Source: Gemmatimonadales bacterium
GTDB taxonomy: Bacteria; Gemmatimonadota; Gemmatimonadetes; Gemmatimonadales; GWC2-71-9
Direction of reading: 5' to 3'
Length of the DNA: 64,000 nt
Assembly: GCA_041615815.1 (NCBI GenBank)
Contig: JBFJCP010000005.1
Location: 80,662-144,661, forward strand
Part shown: in pieces, positions 53,269-62,338 of the stretch
Layout: the number at the start of each line of letters is the position of its first letter
How positions within the stretch are numbered: position 1 is the stretch's first letter
Translations under genes and position numbers: made by a program
Notes under the pieces: model-generated
What the model saw: only the letters and a program-made list of their open reading frames with translations
Told to the model about the DNA's origin: nothing
Database searches by the model: none

Positions 53269-53759
53269 TCCAACACCCGAATCCGATCCCGCAGCTCTGC
53301 GGCGAGCTCGAAGTTCTCTGCTTCCACCGCCCGCCGAAGCTGCTCCCGGAGTGCCCGGAGCTTGCGTTGCGTGTCGATATCGGGCGTCGAGGGTGACAGG
53401 TAGATCTCACCCACGTGTTGACTCGATCCGTGAAGACGACGCAGCAGATCGCGGAGGTGGGACTCGAAAGTCTCGTAGCAGTGCGGGCACCCCAGCCGGC
53501 CCGTGTCCCGAAAGTCTTTGAGGGTGCCGCCACAGAAATCGCAGGCCGTTGTGTCCGCACCGGCCGGGAGCGCGGTGGTTCCGCCTTTTCCCAGCGTCGC
53601 CAGAAAATCCGAGAGCGGAAATTTCGCCACGCTCGCCCCCGTCTGCACGCCTTTTTCCGACGCGCACTGCTCACACAGGTGCACGGTCGTCACCGCGTTG
53701 TCGACGATCTGCGTCAGATGAATCTGCGCTTCCCTCTGCTGGCAATTGTCGCACTGCAT
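53265..53759 (-). CDS. mcsA: McsA activator (CxxC motifs plus UVR domain)
   Basis: CDNC, CEQC, CDFC, GRLGCPHCY, ENFELAAELRDRI. Confidence 0.92.
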   Translation of the reverse strand: MQCDNCQQREAQIHLTQIVDNAVTTVHLCEQCASEKGVQTGASVAKFPLSDFLATLGKGGTTALPAGADTTACDFCGGTLKDFRDTGRLGCPHCYETFESHLRDLLRRLHGSSQHVGEIYLSPSTPDIDTQRKLRALREQLRRAVEAENFELAAELRDRIRVLE

Positions 53760-54461
53760 CTATGGCAACACCTTTGCAGGATCCACCGGCGTGAGCCGTC
53801 CGTCCTGCAGCAACAGAATCCGATCCGCCCGCTCCGCCAGCGCCCGGTTGTGCGTGACCACCACGAGCGCCGTTTCGAGGTCTCGGGCCATGCCGAACAG
53901 AAGGTCGTGCAGCCGCTCGCTGTTGGCATGGTCCAGATTGCCACTGGGTTCGTCCGCCAGCACCACCTGCGGATCGTTGGCCAGCGCCCGCGCGACCGCG
54001 CACCGCTGCTGCTCCCCTCCGGACAGCTGGGGGGCCTGGTGTGTCATCCGCCCAGCCAGCCCGACCGCCGCCAGCAGCTCCTCTGCCCGTCCCCGCGCCC
54101 GCTGCGGTGGCCGCCCCGCAATCAGGAGAGGCATCATCACGTTCTCCAAGGCGGTGAACTCACGCAGCAGGTGATGGAACTGGAACACGAACCCCACCCG
54201 CCGATTTCGTAGCTGGTCCCGCTGGTCCTCGCTTAGCTCTGCATGCGCCACGCCATCGAGGAATACTTCTCCTCCTGTGGGGCGGTCCAGGGCCCCGAGG
54301 ACGTGCAGAAGGGTGCTTTTGCCCGATCCGCTGGCCCCAACGATGGCCACGACCTCGCCCCGCCGGACAGCGAGATCCACGTGAGTGAGGACCTCCAGCA
54401 ACGACCCGTCGCCCCCACGGTACACCTTGCGAACGCCGCACGCTTCCAGGACCGGTGTCAT
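53760..54461 (-). CDS. lolD: Lipoprotein-releasing ABC transporter ATP-binding protein
   Basis: GASGSGKS, GFVFQFHHLL (LolD motif), LSGGEQQR, ADEPSGNLD. Confidence 0.92.
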   Translation of the reverse strand: MTPVLEACGVRKVYRGGDGSLLEVLTHVDLAVRRGEVVAIVGASGSGKSTLLHVLGALDRPTGGEVFLDGVAHAELSEDQRDQLRNRRVGFVFQFHHLLREFTALENVMMPLLIAGRPPQRARGRAEELLAAVGLAGRMTHQAPQLSGGEQQRCAVARALANDPQVVLADEPSGNLDHANSERLHDLLFGMARDLETALVVVTHNRALAERADRILLLQDGRLTPVDPAKVLP

Positions 54462-55708
54462 TCGTAGCGAATCGCATCCACCGGGTCCAGGGCAGCCGCC
54501 TGGCGCGCCGGGTAGAGGGTGGCAGCGGTCGCCACGAAGATGCTGGCGAGGAGAATCACCGTGAGATCCAGCGGATCCACCTGGACCGGGAGATGGTCGA
54601 TGAAATAGACCTGCGGGTTGATCGTGATCAACTGTCCCCGGTCGACGAGGCGCGACAGCAGGAGACCAAGGCCGGTGCCGAGCACGGTGCCCAGTACACC
54701 AATCACGGCTCCTTGAAAGACGAACACCCGCCGCACGGCACGCCCGGGATATCCCATGGCTCGCAGGATCCCGATCTCCCGCGTCTTCTCGGTCACCAAC
54801 ATGGTGAGCGTGCTGACGATGTTGAACGCGGCCACGATCACGATGAGCAGCAGGATGGTTCCCATGGCCAGCTTCTCGAGCTCCAGCGCGGAATGCAGGG
54901 CGGCATTCTGGCTCTGCCAATCGAGCGCGCGGTGGGGGTAGCCGAGTCGCTCTTCGAGCGCCCGACCCACCGCCGCGGCCTTCCAGGCATCGGCCACGCG
55001 CACCTCGACACCGGTCATCGCGCTATCCAAGCCGGCAAAGCGTTGGGCCACGTCGACGGGGAGCACGCCATAGCTGTTGTCGTACTCGAACATTCCGGTC
55101 TCGAACTCGCCCGTGACCTCGAAGAACCAGTACTGCGGGACGAAGGTGCCCAGCGCGGCGTTGAACTTGCTTCCGGCCGGAGCCACGACCGTGACCCGGT
55201 CTCCTACGGAGGCGGACATGCGCTGGGCGAGGCGGCGTCCCAGGACGATGCCCCCGTCCACGTCGTCCCGGGAGGTCGTGAACGAGAGATCCCCACTGAG
55301 GAAGTGCTGGGGTAGCGTGGTGACCGAGGCCGTGCCGGTATCCGGTTCGATTCCGATGATGGCCGCGCCCTCGCTGTAGTCGGCGCCCGCGGACAGCAGC
55401 CCTTGCGTGAGGACGAACGGCGCGGCAGCGACGACGTCCGGGTGCTCCAGCACGCGGTCGCGAACCGTTCGCCAGTCGTCCAGCCGGAGTCCTTCACCGT
55501 AGGTGAGCACGCGCAGGTGCGGGCTGGCCACGAGGATCTTGTCGCGCAGCTCGTTCTGGAGCCCGTTGATGACGCCGGTGACGATGATGAGGGCCATCAC
55601 CCCGACGGTCACTCCCCCCGTTGCGATGACGGTAATCAGGGAGAGGAGTCGCGAGGACCGACGGCTCCGCATGTAGCGCGAGGCGATCTGGACGTCGAGT
55701 CTGGTCAT
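54458..55708 (-). CDS. lolC: Lipoprotein-releasing ABC transporter permease (LolC/E/F)
   Basis: FtsX/MacB permease topology, AAFNIVSTL, EKTREIGILRAMG, YPARQAA. Confidence 0.88.
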   Translation of the reverse strand: MTRLDVQIASRYMRSRRSSRLLSLITVIATGGVTVGVMALIIVTGVINGLQNELRDKILVASPHLRVLTYGEGLRLDDWRTVRDRVLEHPDVVAAAPFVLTQGLLSAGADYSEGAAIIGIEPDTGTASVTTLPQHFLSGDLSFTTSRDDVDGGIVLGRRLAQRMSASVGDRVTVVAPAGSKFNAALGTFVPQYWFFEVTGEFETGMFEYDNSYGVLPVDVAQRFAGLDSAMTGVEVRVADAWKAAAVGRALEERLGYPHRALDWQSQNAALHSALELEKLAMGTILLLIVIVAAFNIVSTLTMLVTEKTREIGILRAMGYPGRAVRRVFVFQGAVIGVLGTVLGTGLGLLLSRLVDRGQLITINPQVYFIDHLPVQVDPLDLTVILLASIFVATAATLYPARQAAALDPVDAIRYE

Positions 55709-57192
55709 GACTCGGGTCGGAGCATGGGAAACAAGAGGACGTCCCGAATCGAGTCCCGCTCCGCGAGGAGCATGACCAGCCGATCGACTCCCAGGCCAAA
55801 CCCGCCAGTGGGTGGCATCCCGTATTCGAGTGCTCGCACATAGTCGCTGTCGACCTGATGTGCCTCCTCATCGCCGCCCGCGCGGGCTTGTGCTTGCGCC
55901 TCGAAGCGGCGGCGTTGTTCTTCCGGGTCGTTGAGCTCGCTGAACGCGTTGGCGATCTCGCGTCCCTGAATGTAGAGCTCGAAACGCTCCGCGAGCGTTG
56001 GATCTCCCCGCTTTTGCTTGGCGAGCGGGGACAAATCGATCGGATAGTCCACGACGAAGGTTGGCTGCTCGAGCGTCGGTTCCACGAATCCTTTGAAAAC
56101 TTCGTCCACCAGCTTTGGCCGCGTCATGTCCGGCACATCGGGCACCTGACGATTCTCGAGTGCCGCTCGGAGTTCGGCATCCGTCACGGTGGTCAGGTCG
56201 AGGCCCGTCCGGTCCCGGACGAGATCCGCATAGCGATGCCGCGGCCACGGCGGGGTAAAATCAAAGGTCGTTCCAAAGCGCTGGATGACCGCGTCGCCGC
56301 ACACGTCGCGCACCACCGCATGGAGCATCTCCTCCGTACGGGCCATCACGTCCGCGTAGTCGGCGTAGGCCTCATAGAACTCGAGCATCGTGAATTCGGG
56401 ATTGTGCGTGCGATCGATGCCTTCGTTCCGAAAATCCTTGCCGATCTCGTAGACCCGCTCGAGGCCACCGACAATACACCGCTTGAGGTACAATTCCGTG
56501 GCGATACGAAGGTAGAAATCGGTGTCCAGCGCGTTGTAATGCGTCACAAACGGCCTGGCGAGCGCTCCCCCGTACAGGGGTTGGAGCACCGGGGTCTCCA
56601 CCTCGACGAACCCCTCTGCGTCCAGGTAGCGTCGGAACGCCGCGATGATGCGGGCGCGGAGCACGAAGACCGCGCGGACGTCCGGGTGGACCGCCAGGTC
56701 TGCATACCGCTGCCGGTAGCGGAGCTCCGAGTCTGCCAGCCCGCCGTGGAGGTCGCCCGAAGCGTCTTCCTTGCCCAGCGGGAGCGGGCGGAGGGCCTTG
56801 GTGAGGAGCTCGAGCTCCTCTACGTGCACGGTGACCTCGCCGCTTCGAGTCTGGAACATGTATCCCTGCACACCGATGTAGTCTCCAAGGTCCAGAAGTT
56901 TCACCACGTCGTACGCCTCGGGCCCAAGGTCATCGCGCCGGAAATAGACCTGCACACGGTTCACACCATCCGCCACGTGGCCGAACGTCGTCTTCCCCAT
57001 GCCCCGCAGGGACACCAGCCTCCCCGCTACGCGCACGGTGACCCGCGCATTGGGATCGTATGCCGCGACCGCCTGCGCGGCCGAATGCGTGCGTTCAAAC
57101 CGGTAGCCGTACGGGTTGATCCCGCGCTCGCGGAGGGCGGCGAGCTTGTCGCGGCGCGCCTGCTCGACGAACGAGGGGGCGTCGACGCTCAC
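55705..57192 (-). CDS. lysS: Lysine--tRNA ligase (class II)
   Basis: RYRQRYADL, YLRIATELYLKR, FRNEGID, HNPEFTMLE, YGMPPTGG. Confidence 0.97.
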   Translation of the reverse strand: MSVDAPSFVEQARRDKLAALRERGINPYGYRFERTHSAAQAVAAYDPNARVTVRVAGRLVSLRGMGKTTFGHVADGVNRVQVYFRRDDLGPEAYDVVKLLDLGDYIGVQGYMFQTRSGEVTVHVEELELLTKALRPLPLGKEDASGDLHGGLADSELRYRQRYADLAVHPDVRAVFVLRARIIAAFRRYLDAEGFVEVETPVLQPLYGGALARPFVTHYNALDTDFYLRIATELYLKRCIVGGLERVYEIGKDFRNEGIDRTHNPEFTMLEFYEAYADYADVMARTEEMLHAVVRDVCGDAVIQRFGTTFDFTPPWPRHRYADLVRDRTGLDLTTVTDAELRAALENRQVPDVPDMTRPKLVDEVFKGFVEPTLEQPTFVVDYPIDLSPLAKQKRGDPTLAERFELYIQGREIANAFSELNDPEEQRRRFEAQAQARAGGDEEAHQVDSDYVRALEYGMPPTGGFGLGVDRLVMLLAERDSIRDVLLFPMLRPES

Positions 57193-58296
57193 GCCGCCCG
57201 TCCGCCGAACTTCTTCAGGAACGTCTCGATGAACACGTCGATTTCACCGTCCATCACCGCTTGCACGTCGGAGATCTTGAGCTCGGTCCTGTGGTCGTTC
57301 ACCATGGTGTACGGCTGAAACACGTACGACCGACTCTGATTCCCCCAGCTGATGTCGGCCTTGGTCGCTTCCAGGGCCGCCTTTTTCTTCTCTTGCTCTT
57401 CGCGGGCCCGCTGGTAGAGTGCCGCCTTCAACATCTTGAGGGCCGTGGCGCGGTTCTTATGCTGGCTGCGCTCCTGCTGGCAGGAGACGGCGATCCCTGT
57501 GGGTAGATGGCGCAGCCGAACGGCGGACGAGGTCTTGTTCACGTGCTGTCCGCCCGCACCGGAGGCTCGAAAGACCTCCATCTCGACATCCTCGTCTCGA
57601 AGGTCGATCTCCACGTCGTCATCCACCACCGGATACACGAAGACCGACGCAAAGGACGTGTGCCGACGCGACTGGGCATCGAAAGGAGAGATCCGCACGA
57701 GTCGGTGCACGCCCTTCTCGGCCTTGAGGTACCCGTACGCGTACTCGCCCCGGATCTCCATGGCGACAGACTTGATACCCGCTTCTTCCCCAGGAAGTAG
57801 ATCGAGGATCTGCACAGTGTACCCGTGGCGTTCCGCCCAGCGGGTGTACATCCGCATGAGCATCTCGGCCCAGTCCTGGGACTCGGTGCCGCCCGCACCG
57901 GGGTGAATGGTGAGCAACGCGTCGCGGGGATCGTCGGGACCCTGCAGCATATTCTTGAGCTCCAACTGCTCCACGCCCTGCGCCAGGGCCTGGGCTTCGG
58001 TCACCAATCCGGTTTCAATGTCTGGATCCGGGTCGTCCGCTGCGAGGCCCGCCAGCTCGAGGGCGTCTCGCGTCCGGCTCATGAGCTCGAGGAACGGTTC
58101 GGTCCAGCGCTTGAGTTGGCGGATTTCATCCACGGCTTGCCGGGCCCGCTCGGGGTCGTCCCAGAACCCCGGCCGCGCCATGGAGGCTTCTAGCTCTGTG
58201 AGGCGGGTACGCTTGCTGTCGAGGTCAAAGGTGACCTCGGAGCTCTTCGAGGCGCCGGTCGAGATCTGCGAGTTGTTCGAGGGTTTGGCTTGCCAT
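57189..58296 (-). CDS. prfB: Peptide chain release factor 2 (programmed +1 frameshift)
   Basis: GGTESQDW, SPF anticodon motif, GGQ motif. Upstream frame MASQTLEQLADLDRRLEELRGHL* joins the main frame through CTT-TGA-C at 58230-58224. Confidence 0.96.
58224..58239 (-). promoter_or_regulatory. prfB +1 frameshift site with internal Shine-Dalgarno
   Basis: Minus strand CGAGGT-CAC-CTT-TGA-C. Confidence 0.92.
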
Positions 58297-58524
58297 CCCC
58301 ATGACTCCGGTCTACATGCTGGTCATTACGAATCGAGCCGTCTGCCCACCGCGGGCAAACGGCTCGGGTTTCTGGGGCAAAATATAAGCAGGACAGAGAG
58401 TTAACACCAGCGTGGAATCCGTCGGCCGCCTCCGCGGTCACTCGGGCCTCTCTGTCCAACGGGGGGAGCTGCGCGGTGCAGCCATACAGCGGTGGCAGGG
58501 GCGGTAGCGGGGGTGCTCACCCGC

Positions 58525-59268
58525 TTAGAAGACCTCCTGCCCTCCCGCGAGGATCTCGTTGAGCGCCTCGGTAAAAAACGGGGTGGAGTTTGCCAGCTCG
58601 GGGCCCACCTGCTCGACGTATTCCAGCCAGCTCTTCTTGATCTCCTCGTCGAACGCGGCTTTGAGGTTCCCGGCCTTGAGCGCCTGCTGCCGCTTTTCAG
58701 GCTGGTAGGCGATCATGTCCGACACGAGGGCCCGAGCGAGCCGCCGCGCTTTCTGGCGAGGATCCTGGGACAAGAACGGGTTGATTGGGCGGACGGTGGC
58801 GCCGGCGGTCGGAGCTGCCTCGGGGGTCCGTGGTCGGGGCGGTGTCGGAGCCGGGGCTGGCCGACTCTCGGGGACCGGCGGGGCCGGCATGACATCGCCG
58901 GGTGCGGAGCGAAACACCGGGGCCATGGGTCGCGGAGGCTCGTGCGCCGGTGGGGTGGGCGGCGTCGGTGCCGTCGGGGGGGTCACATGCCGGCTCGGAC
59001 CCGTGGGGCGGGCGATCGTCCGGCGCGGTGGTATGGGCGGCACCCCAGCCGGTGCGGCTGCCGGCTGTGGTCGCACCGCTGCCGCGGGGGCCGTGGGCCG
59101 GCCAGGCGCGGTCGAGGTCGTTCCCGGGCGGGCGGCGCCACGCCCCGCCTCTTTCCGCACCTGGATCACGTGGGAGCATTCTCCGCAGCGGGCGCGCACC
59201 CCGCCATCGGGTACCTTCGCGGGGTCCAGCCGGTAAACGGTTTCGCATGAAGGACAGCGGACGTTCAT
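58525..59268 (-). CDS. MJ0042-type zinc-ribbon protein with Pro-rich linker and RomX-like C-terminal domain
   Basis: MNVRCPSCETVYRLDPAKVPDGGVRARCGECSH zinc ribbon; about 125-aa Pro/Ala/Thr linker; C-terminal ARRLARALVSDMIAY...FFTEALNEIL. Confidence 0.8.
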   Translation of the reverse strand: MNVRCPSCETVYRLDPAKVPDGGVRARCGECSHVIQVRKEAGRGAARPGTTSTAPGRPTAPAAAVRPQPAAAPAGVPPIPPRRTIARPTGPSRHVTPPTAPTPPTPPAHEPPRPMAPVFRSAPGDVMPAPPVPESRPAPAPTPPRPRTPEAAPTAGATVRPINPFLSQDPRQKARRLARALVSDMIAYQPEKRQQALKAGNLKAAFDEEIKKSWLEYVEQVGPELANSTPFFTEALNEILAGGQEVF

Positions 59269-59291
59269 CTCTCGTCGTCTCCCCGAAACTC

Positions 59292-60266
59292 CTACCCGTT
59301 ACTGTCTCGCCGGCGATCGACGACGAACACCGATCCCGGCAGCGTCTTGGCGTAGCTCTTCATCTCGGTGGCCAGTTCACTGACCTGACGGGGGTGCATG
59401 AACTGACGACGTTCGTTGGTCACGATCCCGATGGAGAGCGTCATGAGTGGGACCCGATGCAAGTGGCCCCGTCGGTCTTTGCCAAAAAAGTAACCCGCGC
59501 GGCGATCCTGGGCATTGTATTGATACGGGATCAGCGCGTCGAAGACGGAAATGATCTCTCGGCAGATGTCTTGGACCATGTCGAGAGGGATGATCACGAT
59601 GAAATCGTCTCCGCCAATGTGGCCCACGAAACCGTCGCTGGCAGAGAGGCCGTTCACGACATCGCGAAGGATCCGCGACAGCAGGAAAATGACGCCGTCG
59701 CCCTCGTAGTAACTGTACCGGTCGTTGAACTCCTTGAAGTGGTCCAGATCGGCGTAACAAACGGCGAATTGCGCGTTCTCGTCCAACCGCACGCGAATCG
59801 CGCGCTCGATCTCGGTGGTTCCCGGCAGCCGGGTTGTGGGGTGAACCGCGACATTGCGTTCGGTGCGCGCGAGCAGCGTATCGAGCCGGCTCTGCTGCTC
59901 TTGCGGCCCGAAAAGCGGCGTGATGACCTCGTCGGCTCCGGCGGCGAACCACTCCTGGACGTGATCGGCGGCGTGGCATCCGGACACGAAGGCCACCGGC
60001 ACGATAGCGGTATACGGGTCCGCTTTGAGCTTGCGGCAGATGGTCGTGGCGTCCGCGCCCGCACCATCGGCATCGATGACGATCAGGGCGGGCGGGTTGC
60101 GGAGTGCGGCGGTTTCGACGTCTTCTGCCACATGCAGACGCACCAGAGGTAGCGGCTGGCGCTCCGCCCACTGAGACAGCAGGTCGGGCACAGGCCGATC
60201 GTCGGGCGCGTAGTACACCACCGAGGAACGCGCCCGCAGCGGACTGGTCAGATCACCTAAGCTCAA
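59292..60266 (-). CDS. Diguanylate cyclase with atypical receiver domain (GGDDF variant)
   Basis: REC-like LIVIDAD/ICRKLK/GADEV, then HPTTRLPG, DLDHFKEFNDRYSY, HIGGDDF, TLSIG; start uncertain (TTG 60266 or 60305). Confidence 0.85.
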   Translation of the reverse strand: MSLGDLTSPLRARSSVVYYAPDDRPVPDLLSQWAERQPLPLVRLHVAEDVETAALRNPPALIVIDADGAGADATTICRKLKADPYTAIVPVAFVSGCHAADHVQEWFAAGADEVITPLFGPQEQQSRLDTLLARTERNVAVHPTTRLPGTTEIERAIRVRLDENAQFAVCYADLDHFKEFNDRYSYYEGDGVIFLLSRILRDVVNGLSASDGFVGHIGGDDFIVIIPLDMVQDICREIISVFDALIPYQYNAQDRRAGYFFGKDRRGHLHRVPLMTLSIGIVTNERRQFMHPRQVSELATEMKSYAKTLPGSVFVVDRRRDSNG

Positions 60267-60350
60267 AATTTTGATTAACTTAGAAGCACATTGCCTCGAA
60301 GTCAAACCACGGTGCGAATGGCACGGGTATTCCCGCCGAGTGATCGCAAC

Positions 60351-61202
60351 TCACATGCCGATACTGATACCCACCAACCCCTGCCACTGGCCACCATGCG
60401 GGTCTCGCGTCCACACCTGGGTCTGCAGTCGGACCGGTCGGTTCCGTCGAGTGAGGCGATGGGACACGAACGCGTCCAGGGCGCTGAGCAGATGGTTGGC
60501 GAGCAGCAGTCCGAGCTGTTGTCTCGCCACCCTCAGGGCTTCGTCACTCTGCCGGATCGACTGACGGAATACGTCCTGTTCCAGTCCGGCGTTTCTCCAG
60601 GACCACAGAAAATTGGGGCCCACCGCGCGAGCGCGATAGAACGCGAGCGCCCGCTGGTATTCGGGCGAGTCTGGGTCGGCGGGCGCGTCGGGATCTTCGA
60701 AAAACGTTCTGCGCGCCAGTGCCCAGATGCTGCCGTTGAAGGTGCGCTCATCGGTTGGGGGCACCAGCGTTGGTCCGGGATCCAGGTCGAAGGGGCCGCT
60801 CTCGACGAACTTTTCCATTTGCTCGTAGTACTCAAAGACCGTGTCGCGAACCGCTGCGCCGAACGGTGCCCGGGCCACTTGAAAGGCGAGATCGATGTAT
60901 CGATCGCGCTCGCGCCGGCCCTCGGAGCGTTCGGTGAAGTACCGAATCGCGAAGAACGCTTCGGCCAGGAGGTAGACGGCACCCCGATCGTGCCCGGCCA
61001 GAAACTGACCGGAGCCCGGTACGATGGCCGAGGCCACCGGTCGCAGCCACGGCGGTGCCAGCGCGCCGCCGTTCGCGGGTTGCTGCGCGGCGACGACGAG
61101 CGGCCCCGGGTCGAGGGGTGGACCGATCGGCGTCTGGGCAAGCAGCGGGATGGGGAGCACGACGCTCCGCCACACCAGGGCGAGCACGGTCCGCTGCGAC
61201 AC
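60351..61202 (-). CDS. Hypothetical envelope protein
   Basis: Signal-like N-terminus (LLA-QTP), ASAIVPGSGQFLAG membrane motif, C-terminal LVGISIGM; GTG immediately after the upstream stop. Confidence 0.65.
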   Translation of the reverse strand: MSQRTVLALVWRSVVLPIPLLAQTPIGPPLDPGPLVVAAQQPANGGALAPPWLRPVASAIVPGSGQFLAGHDRGAVYLLAEAFFAIRYFTERSEGRRERDRYIDLAFQVARAPFGAAVRDTVFEYYEQMEKFVESGPFDLDPGPTLVPPTDERTFNGSIWALARRTFFEDPDAPADPDSPEYQRALAFYRARAVGPNFLWSWRNAGLEQDVFRQSIRQSDEALRVARQQLGLLLANHLLSALDAFVSHRLTRRNRPVRLQTQVWTRDPHGGQWQGLVGISIGM

Positions 61203-61203
61203 G

Positions 61204-62187
61204 TCAGAGTATAGCGCGAAGGCTGATGTGCACCGGCTCGTCGAAGTTGGAGGAATCGAAGAAGACTCGAGCGAAGTCGAACGCGAATCTCCCGAAGCGC
61301 ATGCCCAAGCCCACGGATGGTCCCCGACCTTCGGACTGCAGGAAGGCGTAGCCGCTGCGGAGGCGGACCAAGTTCCCGTACCCGAGTTCGACACCGACGC
61401 GGGCGTCCGGGTGCGCGTAGTTCCCCCACTCGTCTTGGATATCGATGAGGATCCGGGCGTCGAGGACTTCGTCTACCCCGGCAGGTTGTGGCAGCAGCAC
61501 CTGGTACACGGCCCCGAATTGCAGCCGCGTGGGCAGGGCGTCGGCTTGTCCCTCGTTCTCGAGCTGGAGTTTGAATCCGGCGTGCTGGAGCGCGAGGCCA
61601 ATGCGGAAAGCGTCGCTGGCTCCAAACCCATACTGCACGCCGAGGTCGACGGCGTGGGTCGTACCGACCACCGTCCGGAACGAGCCGCAATCGCCGGAGC
61701 AGTCCTGCCGGAACTGAATCAACTTGTAGTTGATCCCAAACGCGAGATCGGCCGTCAGCGTCGTGGCGTAGGAGGCCAGGATTTCGATCCCCTTGGGGCT
61801 GATCCGCCCGCCGGGGAGGTCCTGGCCGAAAGAAATCTCCTGCGACCCGAAATCGACGAGATAGGCCGAGAGCCCGACCACACCGAGCCCATTGACGGGG
61901 AAATAGCCGGCAAGCGCGGTGTTGTTGGAGGCGAACGTGCTGGAATGATGCACGGCGAGCTCGGTATCCTCGAGGAACGCGAGCCCAGCGGGGTTCCAGA
62001 ACGCGGCTTCGCTGCTGCCGGCGTCCGCGACACCTGCCTGGCCCAGGGCGGCCGCCCGTCCACCGACGGGTAGCAGGAGAAAGATGGCCCCGCCTTCAGC
62101 CGGTGCTCCACTCTGCTGCGCTGCTGCCTGCGAAACCGCAGTCAGCAGGAGCAAGGTCGCGACGACGCTAGAAGGACCTGGCCTCAT
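61204..62187 (-). CDS. PorV/PorQ (FadL-like) family outer-membrane beta-barrel
   Basis: Signal peptide, [59 protein letters not shown]-terminal strand. Confidence 0.8.
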   Translation of the reverse strand: MRPGPSSVVATLLLLTAVSQAAAQQSGAPAEGGAIFLLLPVGGRAAALGQAGVADAGSSEAAFWNPAGLAFLEDTELAVHHSSTFASNNTALAGYFPVNGLGVVGLSAYLVDFGSQEISFGQDLPGGRISPKGIEILASYATTLTADLAFGINYKLIQFRQDCSGDCGSFRTVVGTTHAVDLGVQYGFGASDAFRIGLALQHAGFKLQLENEGQADALPTRLQFGAVYQVLLPQPAGVDEVLDARILIDIQDEWGNYAHPDARVGVELGYGNLVRLRSGYAFLQSEGRGPSVGLGMRFGRFAFDFARVFFDSSNFDEPVHISLRAIL

Positions 62188-62338
62188 CGATGAGCATGAT
62201 CGGAATGTCGTCTTCCACGGCGTAGATGAGACGACATTTGTGACAGACCAGCTCCTCAGACGGCTCCGTCCGGTACTCAAGCTCGCCTTTGCATTTGGGG
62301 CAGACCAAGATTTCGAGCAGGTCTGGCGATAAGCTCAT
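62168..62338 (-). CDS. Trm112 family protein (YcaR-like)
   Basis: [14 protein letters not shown]...[24 protein letters not shown]. Confidence 0.92.
   Translation of the reverse strand: MSLSPDLLEILVCPKCKGELEYRTEPSEELVCHKCRLIYAVEDDIPIMLIDEARSF

Noticed and set aside
58790..59150. GC-rich repetitive-looking DNA
   Set aside because: Encodes the Pro/Ala/Thr linker of the zinc-ribbon protein; not a tandem repeat or CRISPR array
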